From Marsupella aquatica (lineage: Eukaryota; Plantae; Marchantiophyta): a stretch of DNA of 64,000 nt. The notes under the pieces are model-generated. The model was not told where the DNA came from. It saw only the letters and a program-made list of their open reading frames with translations, and searched no databases. This document shows, piece after piece, positions 39,790 through 61,641 of this stretch. The stretch is taken from assembly GCA_973895155.1 (NCBI GenBank), contig OZ316896.1:17410754-17474753 (forward strand), written 5' to 3'. Each line of letters opens with the position of its first letter. Positions within the stretch are counted from its first letter, which is position 1. Both the position numbers and the translations under genes were made by a program.

Positions 39790-40630
39790 CGGAAGGCTGA
39801 TGGCATCAGAGTCTTAACAGCGTGAGGAGGCTACGGTGAGAAGTGATCCGAAAGCGAGGTGACTGACTCCGCTCCTCTCGTACAGAGATTTGCTTTTTAG
39901 GCTCTTCGGGAATTTTGTGGTTAGGAATTTTCGCAAATGAACTGATATCCTCGCAATATGCAGAGGGCCAAGGACGGATTCGAGTCCTGGTCGTGTTTTG
40001 GTTGTGGAGCTGAAGGCTGATGCCATGGCAGTCTAATAGTGGAAAGAGGCAACAATCAGAAGTGATCCGAAAGCAAGGTCACTGGCTCCGCTCGTCTATT
40101 ACAGAGATTTCATTATTAGGTTCTTCGGGAAAATTGGTGGTTAGGAATGTTCGAAAGTTTGCCACCTACTGAAGTGATGACCTCGAAATATCCACAGGCC
40201 AAGGTCCGATTCGAGTTCCGGGTGTGATCTGGTTGGGGCTGAAGGCTGATGGCATGGCAATCGAACATTGTAAAGAGACAACAATGAGAAGTGATCCGAA
40301 AGCGAGCTGACTGATCTCCGCTACTCTGGTACAGAGATTTGTTTATTAGATTCTTCGGGAAAATTGGTGGGTAGGAATTTTCGAAAGTTTGCCACCTACT
40401 GAAGTGATGACCTCGCAATATCCACAGCCCAAGGACTGATTCGAGTTCCGGTTGATATCTGGTTGGGGAGCTGAATGCTGATGGCATGGCAATCAAACAG
40501 TGTAAAGAGACAACAATGTGAAGTGATCCGAAAGCGAGGTGACCGACTCCGCTCTTCTGGTACAGAGATTGGTTTATAAGGTTCTTAGGAAAACTTAGGG
40601 CTAGGAGTTTGCACACGTTCGCCACCTATT
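39790..40630. repeat. ~230-bp tandem repeat x ~3.7 in the putative RecQ 5' leader intron
   Basis: The anchor aagtgatccgaaagc lies at 39841, 40060, 40289 and 40521. Confidence 0.9.
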
Positions 40631-41457
40631 GGAGTAATAAACTCGCCATATTCCTTGTATAACAGGATAAGCAACGGAGGGATTCCAGTTGTGATTTCAT
40701 AAATGTTTGATGATTACCGAGCTCGCTATTATCAGGGTGGCGATAAAGTTGGCTCTGGCACTGCACTAGAACCGTTACATATGGCACGAATCTTGCGCAC
40801 ATTGTCATTCTGAGTGGATGCACACTCCTTCAGTATCCCGAGCGGATTGGATCGACTTTCCTTTGGATTTGCGAACAGGGAGCTGCTGAAGGACAGATTG
40901 TGCATGGTGAATGTCGAAGGAGACGAATTCTTGGAAAAAGGGAATCGTTGAGGGAATATGTTTATATCAAAAGCTGACTGCAGCAGAGTATGTTCTTAAA
41001 GAACCATTAAATTTAGGTCCAATGTGTGGACGTCGGTGGTATGAATTGTGAAGTCAAGTATCCTACATCAGAAAGGGCTGCTTCTGGTCAAGGGGATAGG
41101 TACGCTAATTTAAACGGTAGGATCCGCAATTCATGCTCACAACACCTAGTTCTGCGACGAATTATGCTACTTGAAGTCTTGGCATGTCCCTCCAGATTAT
41201 CAGTGAAATGCATTCAAAATCAGGGCGCCTAATATCATAACGCCCTTCCCCCTCTCCCTTGGGAATAATAGTAAAAGGCGGGTGCTGTGTAGCCTCCTCC
41301 AAATGTACCAGCTGGTTTTAAATTCCACTCGTTGTCTGCCACGCTGTGCTGTGACTGATTTCAACAACTAGAGCATGTATTAATAGGTTTTAGCCTGATT
41401 TACTGGTTCCCTTTCAATACAGGTAGGCACAGAAGCCATCTATGAATATGCTGCCTC

Positions 41458-50578
<9,121 letters not shown>

Positions 50579-53500
50579 AGGTCCTCCGTGCATGCTTAGC
50601 CCATGTCTGCCAAAGTCAAGATATTTGACAGGTGAGCAGCTCGGGCTCTTAGTAGTTATTTACGTGACTTTTAAGATTTACCAGATGTGGTGATCCTGTA
50701 GCTCCCCTGCCCAGAGCCGTTGCATGAACATCTATCTTTCCTTGGACAATGTTATCAACAGAGCAGCAACCTACATGCTCTCGATGATACGAATGACTGC
50801 GAAAGGATGGCTCTTGATTAAGTGAGTCATGTACGTCATGTCGGTTATGTCAATTGCATCTAGTAGTCATACCCAGCATCCAGGCTCAACTGTAGGAGAT
50901 ATGGAGCATTCGTGTATGCAATCTTTTTTATCAGTCCTTGTCCGTATTAATAATTTTTGTTTGTTCAGCCGTTGTACAGCGAGAGTGCCAACAGAGAAGG
51001 TACTCCCAGGCGATAGTTCACAAACACACAAGGTATTTAACCTCCAGCTTCCTAATCCTGTGCTTTAGTGTAATTGGTCAACATGCTTGTACAATAGCCT
51101 TTGGAATATATGCAAGTCGAGCCACATTAGACAAGATTAATAAATGCTGACATGGACAATTGCATTGTTTTTGAGGCAGGGAAACCACTTGCTTGCATGT
51201 TCATGTGAACTTGGAAACAGTCAAAACCTCTCTCGGAAGAGCATTGTTGCCTTCTTTGGCAAGCCAAATCTTGCACCGCTGGGCGACAGGACCTAGTCGA
51301 AAGTGTAGTCTACTGGCATTGAAGGAATTTTCACTAGGACCTCAAGAAACGAGCAACGTTTGCCCAGCAGCTCGCACGGTTAACGGGATATGCCATTTAT
51401 GTTTCCTACGTGAACTTCACAAGCAGTTTCGGCGAGGAGAAGTGCTGGCAATACTTGTAATGTAACATTGACAAGATATTGGCTTCAAGAATCAGATATT
51501 TAAATTGCGATGTGGCTTCGTTGTCCCGTCATGCAATTTGCAGACTCTCGTTTGTAGCAGCAAAGTGTGAATGGAAGCGTTCGGAGTGTATTGTAGTACC
51601 CAAACGTCAACGCATGTTGGTTTTTTTAACCAAATATATGAACTCCACCGCCCTGAACCTGAGTTTCGCTAGCAGCTGTCCTCGGAACCTTTGATTTAAT
51701 AGTCACTGTTTCTTAACATTAAAGGAGCAACTGGGGGTGTCGGTTATAAATACATGTAACACAAGGTGGGAGAGCCGGGAGAGTTGAGAGGGGCAAGGTC
51801 TGAAGCCGGGTGGTGGGGGAGTCGATGACAGGGGGTTGGGGCAGAACTCCCAATTTTCTTGGCAATTGTCTCCATCAGGTTTACTATTTTCTGTCTACCA
51901 TACCAACTTTCCACGCACTAATCGATCACGAAAACAACTTTTTGTGTCACAAATTCTCTGTGCTATCTTGATAATTGTGCATCACGCTGAAACTCTCGTT
52001 TGGTGCCACGGCTTGCACCCTGCCTCTCCTCACTCCTTCCCATCTCCTTGCCAAACCTTGGAATATCAGGGTTAATTGTACATTTTAATCCATGCCAAAT
52101 TATTTGCCCTCACTACTTTTGGCCGACTCCCATGGGTTATGGGTATTTGTAATCACAATAATTTAGACCTGTTTCAAAATCTTGCCTAAGTGTTTATTTC
52201 CATTCCACACCATTTGCCCCCTCCCCTATTGTGGCAAATAGGGACTAGCGAAGGAAGTGTTCCACATGGGTAGTAAATGTGATCGGGTGTTTTTTATCTT
52301 ACCATATTGTCAGGCTCTAAAACATTTCCCTTTGATCTTTTTGAAAACAAATCACTGCACTAGGTTCAAGAACTAGTCAAGGGGGTGACAGGTGTGTGAA
52401 TGGAAATCAGTGTCAATTCTCCCCACTTTCCTTCCCCTTGCCTTTCTTCCGACCAGCACAGTGCACCCCTTTTTGCTTTATAGTTCAAAAGAGAGAATTT
52501 TTGTATTCTATTGTTATTATCTGGAAAATGAGAATTGCAGAGCTCCTCTCTGGAACAGCAATAAAGAATAAGAGAGAGGTTTAATTGAGCCAACTGGGCT
52601 GAGGCTCCAGTCGTTGGCAACTGGCCACCTTTCATTTAATCAATTTGTGCACCAGCAGAGCACGACTCCAAATTCAACAATTAGCCCTTGGATGGAACTT
52701 GAAAGTTCTTTTGCCATAACTTTCTGATTGCATCTTAAGTACTGTACCGCGACAGATTTGTGTTTTATGGGCGACATTTGTAATGACGATTGAGAATCTG
52801 GGACCTAGAGTTGAATCAACCTTACAGACAAATGGTAGGAACCAATTAAACACGAGAGTAAACAGCACCGTTCTGCGTGTCTGCCTGCTCTTGTCTCCCT
52901 GCCATGCTTGTCGGCTCTAGTACTACAGTATCGCAATCTCTTTCGAGTCCACACCGCGTTTGAGCTCTTTCCTTCGTACAACGCAGTAAGACGCATCATA
53001 GCCGTCTGACCGCTTCTTGACATACCGTCCCCGTCATCAAATCTCTCTATATCATCGATACAATTAGTAGACATCGATCTCCATTTATGAAGGCATCCGT
53101 TCACTCTAAGCATTAGTTCTACGTCTGGATATCTGTACTGTCGACTTTGTATTTGTCTTCATTCAACATAGCTTCTGCATCCCTTAAATTTTTTGTTTCT
53201 TCACTCATTGAACGAACCTGTAATACTTTGAAATTCATTGAAATCGTTCGAGGTAAAACAGCAGAAGCTGTAATCAATCTTAAATCAAGGCAACCCGTGG
53301 TCATCAGCTAGAGTCTAACGAAGTTATAATATACACTGCTTCTACATCGTCCCACGAAGCACATACCTTCAGCAGACAGCTGCGAGTTTTGGCACTCTCG
53401 TTTCACCATGTGAGGACCCAGCTCACCCAGCTCTCGAACACCCCAGAGAAGTGATTAAAAATGAACTTCGTGTAAAGTACACACAAACAAAATGTGAAGA

Positions 53501-53959
53501 GAAGACAAGTGTAGTCTGGAGGTCTCACTATATGTCTACCTTCACATCATCACCTGTCACACTATATGGAGATCTCAGCTTGACCTCCACCGTTCTTAAT
53601 ACCATACCATGAAATTTAAGGGAACAAAATGAATATATATTTTTAAACCTTTAAGGGGAAATCTATGAAACTATTAAACCTTTAAGGGGAAATCTGCGAA
53701 GGGAAGAGTCAACCACAATAGTTGAACCCAAGAACTATCAATCTCTACTCAAGTGACCTACCACAAAGTCATGCCTCATTCTCATGCTCACACAAGAGTT
53801 AAAAAATTTAGGGTTTATTTTTTAACTCTTGTGAATTTGAGATATTTTTTGGAATCCTTCCAAATTGGTTTTTAATTTTTAAATTTCTCAATTGAACTTA
53901 AATTGCCCTATTATTTTTACACAATTCTTAAGCTATTTAGAACTACATCTTCACTAAGT

Positions 53960-55100
53960 ATATGCGTCTTGGGCTTGGTCTCTCCCACTCTCGGCCACTT
54001 GTTGGGCCACCTCACATGTGTTTGAATTGTGGGGCATCCCTTGACCCAGAGGGTGTACGTTCATATTCTTTGGTGTGGCAGGGTAGTGAGCAGACTGCAA
54101 TGCATGATGACATTTGAGATGTGGTGGCTGCCATTGCCCGGGACTCCGGGTTCCACCAGGGGTTCCATGTCTTGACATAGCAGCGACATGTGTTGCCCTC
54201 CAGGATGGGATCCCTGACTGGTGTTGTGCTGACCTTGTGTTCTCTTGAGCTGGAGTTCAGTCCCCCGGGGATGTGGTTGTTGCTGACCCCATCCCCCGGG
54301 TCCTCATTCCCAGTCAAATCAATGAACCCCCTCACTATCATGACCTTATCCCTTTCACCCCTTGTTATTTCCTCTATACAAAGTTATATTGTTACTGGTA
54401 ATAATTAAAATTATTAGTTCAAAATAAATGCAAAATATTCAAGCGTACGTGTGCACGTGCTCCAAATATTAATAAGATTGAGGGCCAAGCTAATTAACGG
54501 CCCCACTAGTGGGCCAACGTTGCTACGGCGGCTCGTACGGTGGCTCATGTACCTGGACACATCGCCGCAAGGGCTGCACGTTTAAAGGAGGAGGCTTATG
54601 CTGTCCAGTACCTGGGCAACTTGTTTGCTGTGGAGGCTAGGTCTTTGGGTCTCTTCACCCGACGTTTCAGACAGTTTCCTGCAATCTTGTGCAGTTGACT
54701 ACATTGAGCAGAGGCCCAACCCCCCGGTGCTTGTCACCACGGCCTTCCTTTGTCAGCAGGTGTTGGTTGCATTGCAAAGGGCTCAAGCTTTCACTATCCT
54801 TTGTAGAGTGAGGCAATTAAATCCAGGGTGCCCAGATTGGTTGCCTTGCTAGGTTCTCATATGCAATTAACTGTTGAGCTCTACCAGGCAGGCTCTTCAA
54901 TATGCTTAGAGATAGAGTTTTTTGGTAGGGTTTTAGGTCTTTTGCTGGGCTTTCCTGGGTTGGCTTCTCTGGCCTCTTGGCTTTGAGCTTGACTCCCCTT
55001 GATTGGGTCCTCTGACTTTGGGATCATGGATCCAAGTTGGGGGCTTCTTGTAAGTTTCTTTGCAATTTTTTCATATATTTTGTATAGAACTAATAAAACT
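53960..55100 (+). mobile_element. Degenerate CRE/SLACS-like (restriction-like endonuclease) non-LTR retrotransposon, 3' portion
   Basis: Frameshifted translation gives CLNCGASLDPEG...GSEQTAMHDDI*DVVAAIARDSGFH, DVVVADP, AARAARLKEEAY and FLCQQVLVALQRAQAFTIL. This matches the order of a CCHC knuckle, REL endonuclease and C-terminal motif. A T-rich tail with AATAAA lies near 55092. Confidence 0.6.
54292..54509 (+). mobile_element. Short Helitron-like insertion interrupting the CRE-like element
   Basis: A|TC at 54291/54292, AT-rich interior, gggcc...ggccc hairpin, then CTAG|T at 54506-54510. It splits DVVVADP from the downstream AA..KE..Y motif. Confidence 0.4.
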
Positions 55101-55538
55101 ACCTTATAATTTTGTATCTATAATTACAAATTCTTTGAACGTGAATATATAGCAGGGATGACAATAAAAATGTCACCAAAATATATTTATAATTCACATT
55201 CTTTGAAGGTTAATGAAATGATTAAAAAACAATCATGCAGATAATAATTTTAATAACCACATATAGCCTACCATCTTCTTATGCAAGATATCCGTTCCTT
55301 GGCACACTGGTTGATAGCGCAAGAGAGAGAGCGAGAAAGCAGAAAAATATTTGTAATACCTGTCCACTGTCTATCGCATCGGCTCTTCATAATCATCCAT
55401 GTTTGAAAGAATCGATCCTTCATCCTGATTTGCTCTCACGTTTTGTGTCTCCCTCCCTCGTGAGAAGAAGCAGCGAGTCAGGTCCTCGATTCAGTGTGAT
55501 CCGTGTGGAGAGTGTACCTAGAGGATATGATTATTCCC

Positions 55539-55566
55539 AGAGAGAGAGAGAGAGAGAGAGAGAGAG
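55539..55566. repeat. (AG)n microsatellite
   Basis: About 14 AG units, read directly. Confidence 0.95.
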
Positions 55567-57126
55567 CCTTCCAGCAAAGGAGGAACAAGCATTCTTGAAA
55601 CTGATCAGAGGAAGTTAACTAAAGCGATGTCCCTGGAAACGCAACAACCAGAATGGCGGATCTTGGGACTCTGTCCATTTTTGTCGTATGGCCAGTGTTC
55701 TCACAGAGCGATACAGTAATAAGTTCCACACAAAAAGTGTGAACTGAGAAACTGCAGGTGGGCCCTTCTAAACCTTACGTGACGGTGCTGTACACTGGTT
55801 TACGAGGGAAAACGGATTGAATGCTACCCGACTTCGACTCAGCGAGAAGGTTATCAGTCTGTAACGCCGTGCCGTTTCATGTGAGATTTCTGTAGCAAGA
55901 CGTAAAGACGTCTAAGGATATGATGGCCCACGTACATTAAGACATTCTCGATGTTCATTACAACGTTGCGCGCATCTCTGATAGTTTTTTTTGGTTGCGT
56001 TGAAACATTGAATTCCATTCGAGGAGATTGCTAGCATCCAATAGTGTGGCCCACGAGGTGGACAGCATCCAGATTCCCAGAAGGTCATCTCTGATCGTTT
56101 TGAGGCTTGATAGAACCGCCGGAGCCGTCCTTAGACGAGGCATTGATATTGCATCTCTAATCGTTCTGAAGCTTGATAGAATTGATGTCGCTTTCCATGA
56201 TAGATAGATTGAGCGTTTCATTCTTCTTTCGAGGATTCAGTGTGGATCACCAATGTACAACGTCATCAAGTCTTCAACGAAATTGGTGAGTTCCATACAA
56301 CCCAGCCATATCAGGAAATTAGACACAATATCGACAACCATATCAGGAAATGCAGTATCGCCAATCTTTCATATTGATTAGTGATTCACAGACCGGTATC
56401 GCCAATCTTTCATATTGATTAGTGATTAATTTTCCCTGTTTCCAGAAAATCTCAGTGATCAGCAGGCTAGTTAGTCTAAGAACAGTATAAATATGCAGTT
56501 CTTTCAGTGGCCCATGCATCTATCTGTTTCCTAGATCACAACCTGGCAGCCCCACTAAAACGTGGCCGAGTAGAAGTATCCCTCCCCATGCCTCACTAAG
56601 TATATATCCTCGAGAGTATTATGGTAAGTATCACGGTTAAGCTTAATTATGGGTTGCTGTTCTATGCCTTGGCCCCCGGCTATTCTTAAGTGTTCTCCGT
56701 TTCGTTCCCCCTCTGGAACTCCCCTTCCGGGACTACTTGGGGCCTACTCTTCTTGAGGTTATTTGAGAAGAATGCTCAAGGCCTAAATAAAAAGGTTGCT
56801 AAGTATTGTAAATGACGTTGAAAGTGATCACAGTCTCTTCGGTAGCCCTAGAATGACCTCACGCCTGGCAGGTTCCTATTTCCTTCCAGACCCTTCCTCC
56901 CGACGCCATTAAGGACCGACGAACAAACTATCAAGATGCCTCTAACAAGTTGCACAGCTAGCTACAGCTGATTCTGGCCCCAACTACTTTAAGTTATTGC
57001 AGCTGGAGGATTCCGTAAGTGAAGTTGAGTCGTGACTCCAGAGAGCACACCTGTTGAGGATCCTAGAGAACGTCGGGAGCTTGCAAACTTGCGCAAAAGC
57101 CTGGTTGCGGTCCGATTATTAGCAGC

Positions 57127-57270
57127 AATCAAGCTGGACGGGGAGACGATCCAAGTCCCATTCAGATCCTTTGAATATAGTTTACAATGATCACGTTTAA
57201 TCAAGCTGGACGGGGAGACGATCCAAGTCCCATTCAGATCCTTTGAACAGTGTTTACTATGATCACGTTT
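57127..57270. repeat. ~72-bp tandem duplication
   Basis: aatcaagctggacggggagacgatccaagtcccattcagatcctttgaa...atgatcacgttta occurs twice. Confidence 0.9.
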
Positions 57271-60200
57271 ATGCGATGGATTGATGTGATTGTGCGTAGC
57301 TGAAGATGTGCAGCACGAGCGAGGACCGGCTTGTGGTGACGAGGATTGACGCTCAGGAATACCTATAAAAGCCTGTGGTCGAGCAGTATCGCAGTAAGGA
57401 CAAGATGGCAGTATACTGCCATGATCGACCAACCATCGGTGCTTCCCGTATTCCAGTACTGTACTGGTATGAGATGTCTCCACTCTACAAGTCGAAGTGA
57501 ATGACAGTTCTGACCGTATGAGGTGCGTGAGTGAGTGGGTGCTTTGCATGCTCAACTTGCCCCCAATGGAAATTAAATGGTCTCCTGGAAAAGCACCGAC
57601 AACTCGTAAATTTGGCACGTGTGAATACCAAGCTTGATTACGTACTAAATGTCTCATTTGAAACCGTAGAATGCAGTCGGTCTGCAGAACAGAAAATGTT
57701 GAGCTTCAGAATTCAGACTAAAGTTGATACCGTATAGTGTGGATTCTCACTATAGGGACACCGTACTTGGTAAGCCTCCATTCCAGGATTAGATCAGTCA
57801 CCCCAGGATTCATGAAATCATAGTTTATTGCGTTTGGGCTTATAAGACGATGGAAATGCCTCCTCAACAGTTCACTCATGAGGCTATCAAAAGTCCATCT
57901 GGACTTTTGGATCTCTTACGGAAGAGACATGCTCACAGCCCGGTCATCCAGACTGCGCGCCATAATTCCAATGTAAGGATCACTTGATTGGGAAGATCTC
58001 AACAGTGATGGTATTTCCATCTAATCGAGTGCAAAATTTAAACCATGCCCGTGACCAAATTTATGTCATAATGACCAAAGCTATGTGGCCTCAATATGGT
58101 TTATGAGAACAGTTTTTTACCAAAAGGGCGATATGGTTTGGGCCATATTTAGGCCCCATCGCACTACTGATCTACCATTTTGGGCCCTCCATCGCAGTAC
58201 TGTGCAGGCAGTAAAGTTTCCCACAATTTGAGGGGCTTGTACGTTACTCAGTCAAAATGGGACTTTCCTACATGACCAAAATGTTTCGTTGTGAGATTAA
58301 TGGACATTCTACCAGGTTTGCAGGTTAATTGCAAGATTTTGAGGTATTCTAATTTGCTCCTTTAATTTACAACTATTTTCTCCCAGTTTGCACCGGCCCT
58401 CTGCATAAGCAAGGAAACATTCTACTTAGGTCTGGACAAAATGATTTCATTATACGTCTTCTTCGTGTGCAAGATACAAGATACAGTAGTTATTTGTATT
58501 GCAGTGAACCTTAATAGAATGCTCACCCTTTATTTCAAATTGATTATTTCTCCGTATCAGTATGCATAGAAACATAGTACGGTACCACTTTTACCCGCCA
58601 ACTGTCCAAACCCACTATGAAGTAGGTCACTGTTCCCGAGAGGAACAGAATTGATCGAAGTGTGGAGATAATCAACTCTACAGTATCAAGTATTCAAGGC
58701 CCGTGACATGTTGTACTACGGTTCAGGACATTCCCCCACTATAAAAATGCAACTTAGTTATTACAGTATCTTCATCTTGAAGCCGTAGCTTCACTGTAGC
58801 TGTTTGACTGTTATAACACTTTTCCTGGCTGTAGAGTGATCCTTTGTACCCACTAACTGGAGGGCAAATCTTGTCAACCAAGCAACAATTTTTCGCGCAG
58901 TCATTTGCAGCCTGGCCGCTCTTAGAAAGAAGTTGAAAGAAATTGAGAATTACTTTCAAAACAAATTTCTGTAGTTGCCGTTCTAAGTGTTCTTAGAATC
59001 AATTTTCAAAATCGACCAATGATTCCATGCGTGACAGCCTTTCGATGATTGAATGCAGGTAATGTCAAGGTGCTTAGAAGTCAGAAGCTGTGCTGCAATT
59101 CCTGTGAGGGGACCCTTTATACTCTACACGACGAGCTATTTCCTCTCTCCTATCCCCACCGAGAGGACTTGGAGGCAACTGAATTTGTAGCATTGATATC
59201 TTAACTCGTCAGTTGGACTGAGCATCTGACCTTCCAAAGTCTCTAGCATGCATGGTACATGTCCTGCTGTAATCGTTCTATTAAATTTGTATTCTGCTGG
59301 TGTCGCCGGATAGTTTTATTGGACTTGATCGTATCCACTAATTAGATTAAGCCCAAACAATTTTCTATGCCCTGCAATAAAAAATATCTCGATTTCCAGC
59401 AAAACACGCTTTGACGACTGCATTGCGTTGTAGCCGTTGCGTGAATTGTGTCTGTTTCTCTAAGGATTCATGATTCAATTTCTTCAGCTCACTCTCTACA
59501 CTTCGATCTGGTGGTACGTTGAGTTCGTCCGGACGTACCCTTGTTTTAAAAGTTGATTAGTTCTGTACGGAACTAGAAGAATTCCGGTGACGTACACGTA
59601 TAGGTAAAAGAGATTCCTGAGTTGCAGATACCTTAATTTCATGGCAGGCAGCAGATCCGACCCGAATCGGCTACAGTGACCAATACCGTCACAATCATCT
59701 TCGAGATGAGCTCTGGCCTGCCTACCCATGGCTCTATCGTAGTATCGTTGTTCTGGGAGAAGTCTCAAGAGTTCTCATTCAAATTGTACAAACGGACTTC
59801 CGTGTGTTCAAACTTCGAAGTGTGGTGAATTTGGGCCCGTTTCCACAGTTATTATCATTCCGCATTGAAGAGCAAGGTTGATGGAGCATAGAATGAAAGA
59901 AGGGATATAGATAGATAAATCAAAATTCAGATCCACATTCCAAGCAATACCGTACTCCATCATCGTACCTTATCTACTGCAAATTGAATTGGCTGCAGCA
60001 TTAACTTGGAGGAGTAGTAGACTGTTCTCTTGCTCTTGAGTTAACTTCAGACCACTTGAATGCGGATTGATGCAGTTGTTTTCCAGATAGGATTCGGATT
60101 GCAAGTGTTGCCTGTCTGTGTCAGTTGTATAAGAAAGCTCTCTATTTCACAGAAAAAAGTGTTGTCGATCCGTTTGACAAAATAGTACGTGCATATATCC

Positions 60201-61586
60201 TAGGTACATGCCGGGCATACAGTACTACATACTAAGTCTAAGGGGAGGCTTAATCTACAATACGTGGATATTTCAGTCGAAAACTTCTGGAAACTGTCAG
60301 AAATTTGAGATTAGTTAACGTATTGGGAAGATAAGCAAGACAACGAACGCACCCAATCAAGCTTTCATTGAGTCTTTCGAGGGAGAAACCAACCTGCTCG
60401 GCTGCTCTTCTCTTCTCTAAGTCCAAGCCAGCACACGTAAAAAATAACACTATTTTGTAGATCGTGGTGTGTAATTCAAAGATCGACAATTCTGTACTGT
60501 TCACTTGCAGAGGTTTTGTCAGAGCTCCAGTCGCGAGTGACCAGCCAGGACCGCGTTGCAATAAATAACACCACATCATTCTGCAGATTGCGTGTGTGAT
60601 GATGAATCGCCAACAATGCTCACTGCGCAAGGGCGAGCACTCCAGGACGTGGAACGAAGCAAACGGTACGCTCCCAATCTAGTTCCCTACATGTGCACCA
60701 CGAGCTCAAACTAGTGACCGGACATGGAGTTCGTTAGGGGCCTCCAGTAAGTTGTTGGATAGAATAAGTACCAAGAGAATGACATAATTTATTAGTGCGT
60801 TTCAAATGTCAAGAGATGTGGGCTTTTAGTCAGTCCAAGACTTTGCACTGCTAGATGCGGACTTAAAATGTGCTCTACACCGAGTTGATGACTGCACATT
60901 TTTGCCCTGGCTTTCTTGCACATGACAGGCCAAACTGCTTCGAGCCCTCTCAAAGTTCACCCCTCCTTGATTACGCATTGCCGAAAACCATGTCCCAGCT
61001 GTTGTTTCGGCCACTATTTTTTGCGGTCAGTAGCCTAGACTACAAACAAGAAGCACAAAGATTGAGACTCGTTTTTATATGGCCTGGTTCAAGGTGTGTT
61101 CAATGCCATTGTAGACTATGGCCTTTCTGGTCCTTGCTTGTTGGGAAGTGGGAATGGTACTCCCAGAAGAATGACATGGCCTGGTTCAAGATGTGTTCCA
61201 TATCACCATCTGTGGCCTTTCTGGTCCTTGCTTGTTGGGAAATGGAAATGGTTGCCCTCTTTTTTTGACTAGTTTGCCCTCTTCTTTTGATGACTGTCCA
61301 AATTAGTTTTTAGTTTAACCATTATCTTGACAACTTTTTTGCCCATGGGTTATGCAAAATAACACAGGTTAGCTTAAACTTTTCCTTAGGTGGTCCAGAG
61401 CTCACCTGCCTACAAAATTACATTCACGAAATTTTTGATATTTTTACCATTTCTTACATAATTTTAATAACCACCACAAGCATTGGTGGCGCATAACCCG
61501 TGCATAACAGTCACGTTTTAGTTGTCCAAAACAAGCTGGACCAAAACCTATATTACATTGAAAGAGTACTGGAGAGGGATTGAACT

Positions 61587-61641
61587 TGCTTGAGATAGGG
61601 ACAAATTGAGCCTTCCTCTCAATTTGTCCCTATCTCAAGCA
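61587..61641. repeat. Perfect 24-bp hairpin with 7-nt loop
   Basis: tgcttgagatagggacaaattgag-ccttcct-ctcaatttgtccctatctcaagca. Confidence 0.9.

Noticed and set aside
40116-40625. 169-aa minus-strand ORF
   Set aside because: It is a translation of the ~230-bp tandem repeat.
56989-57657. 222-aa minus-strand ORF
   Set aside because: No domain-like content; the length is inflated by a 72-bp in-frame duplication, and there is no supporting splice structure.
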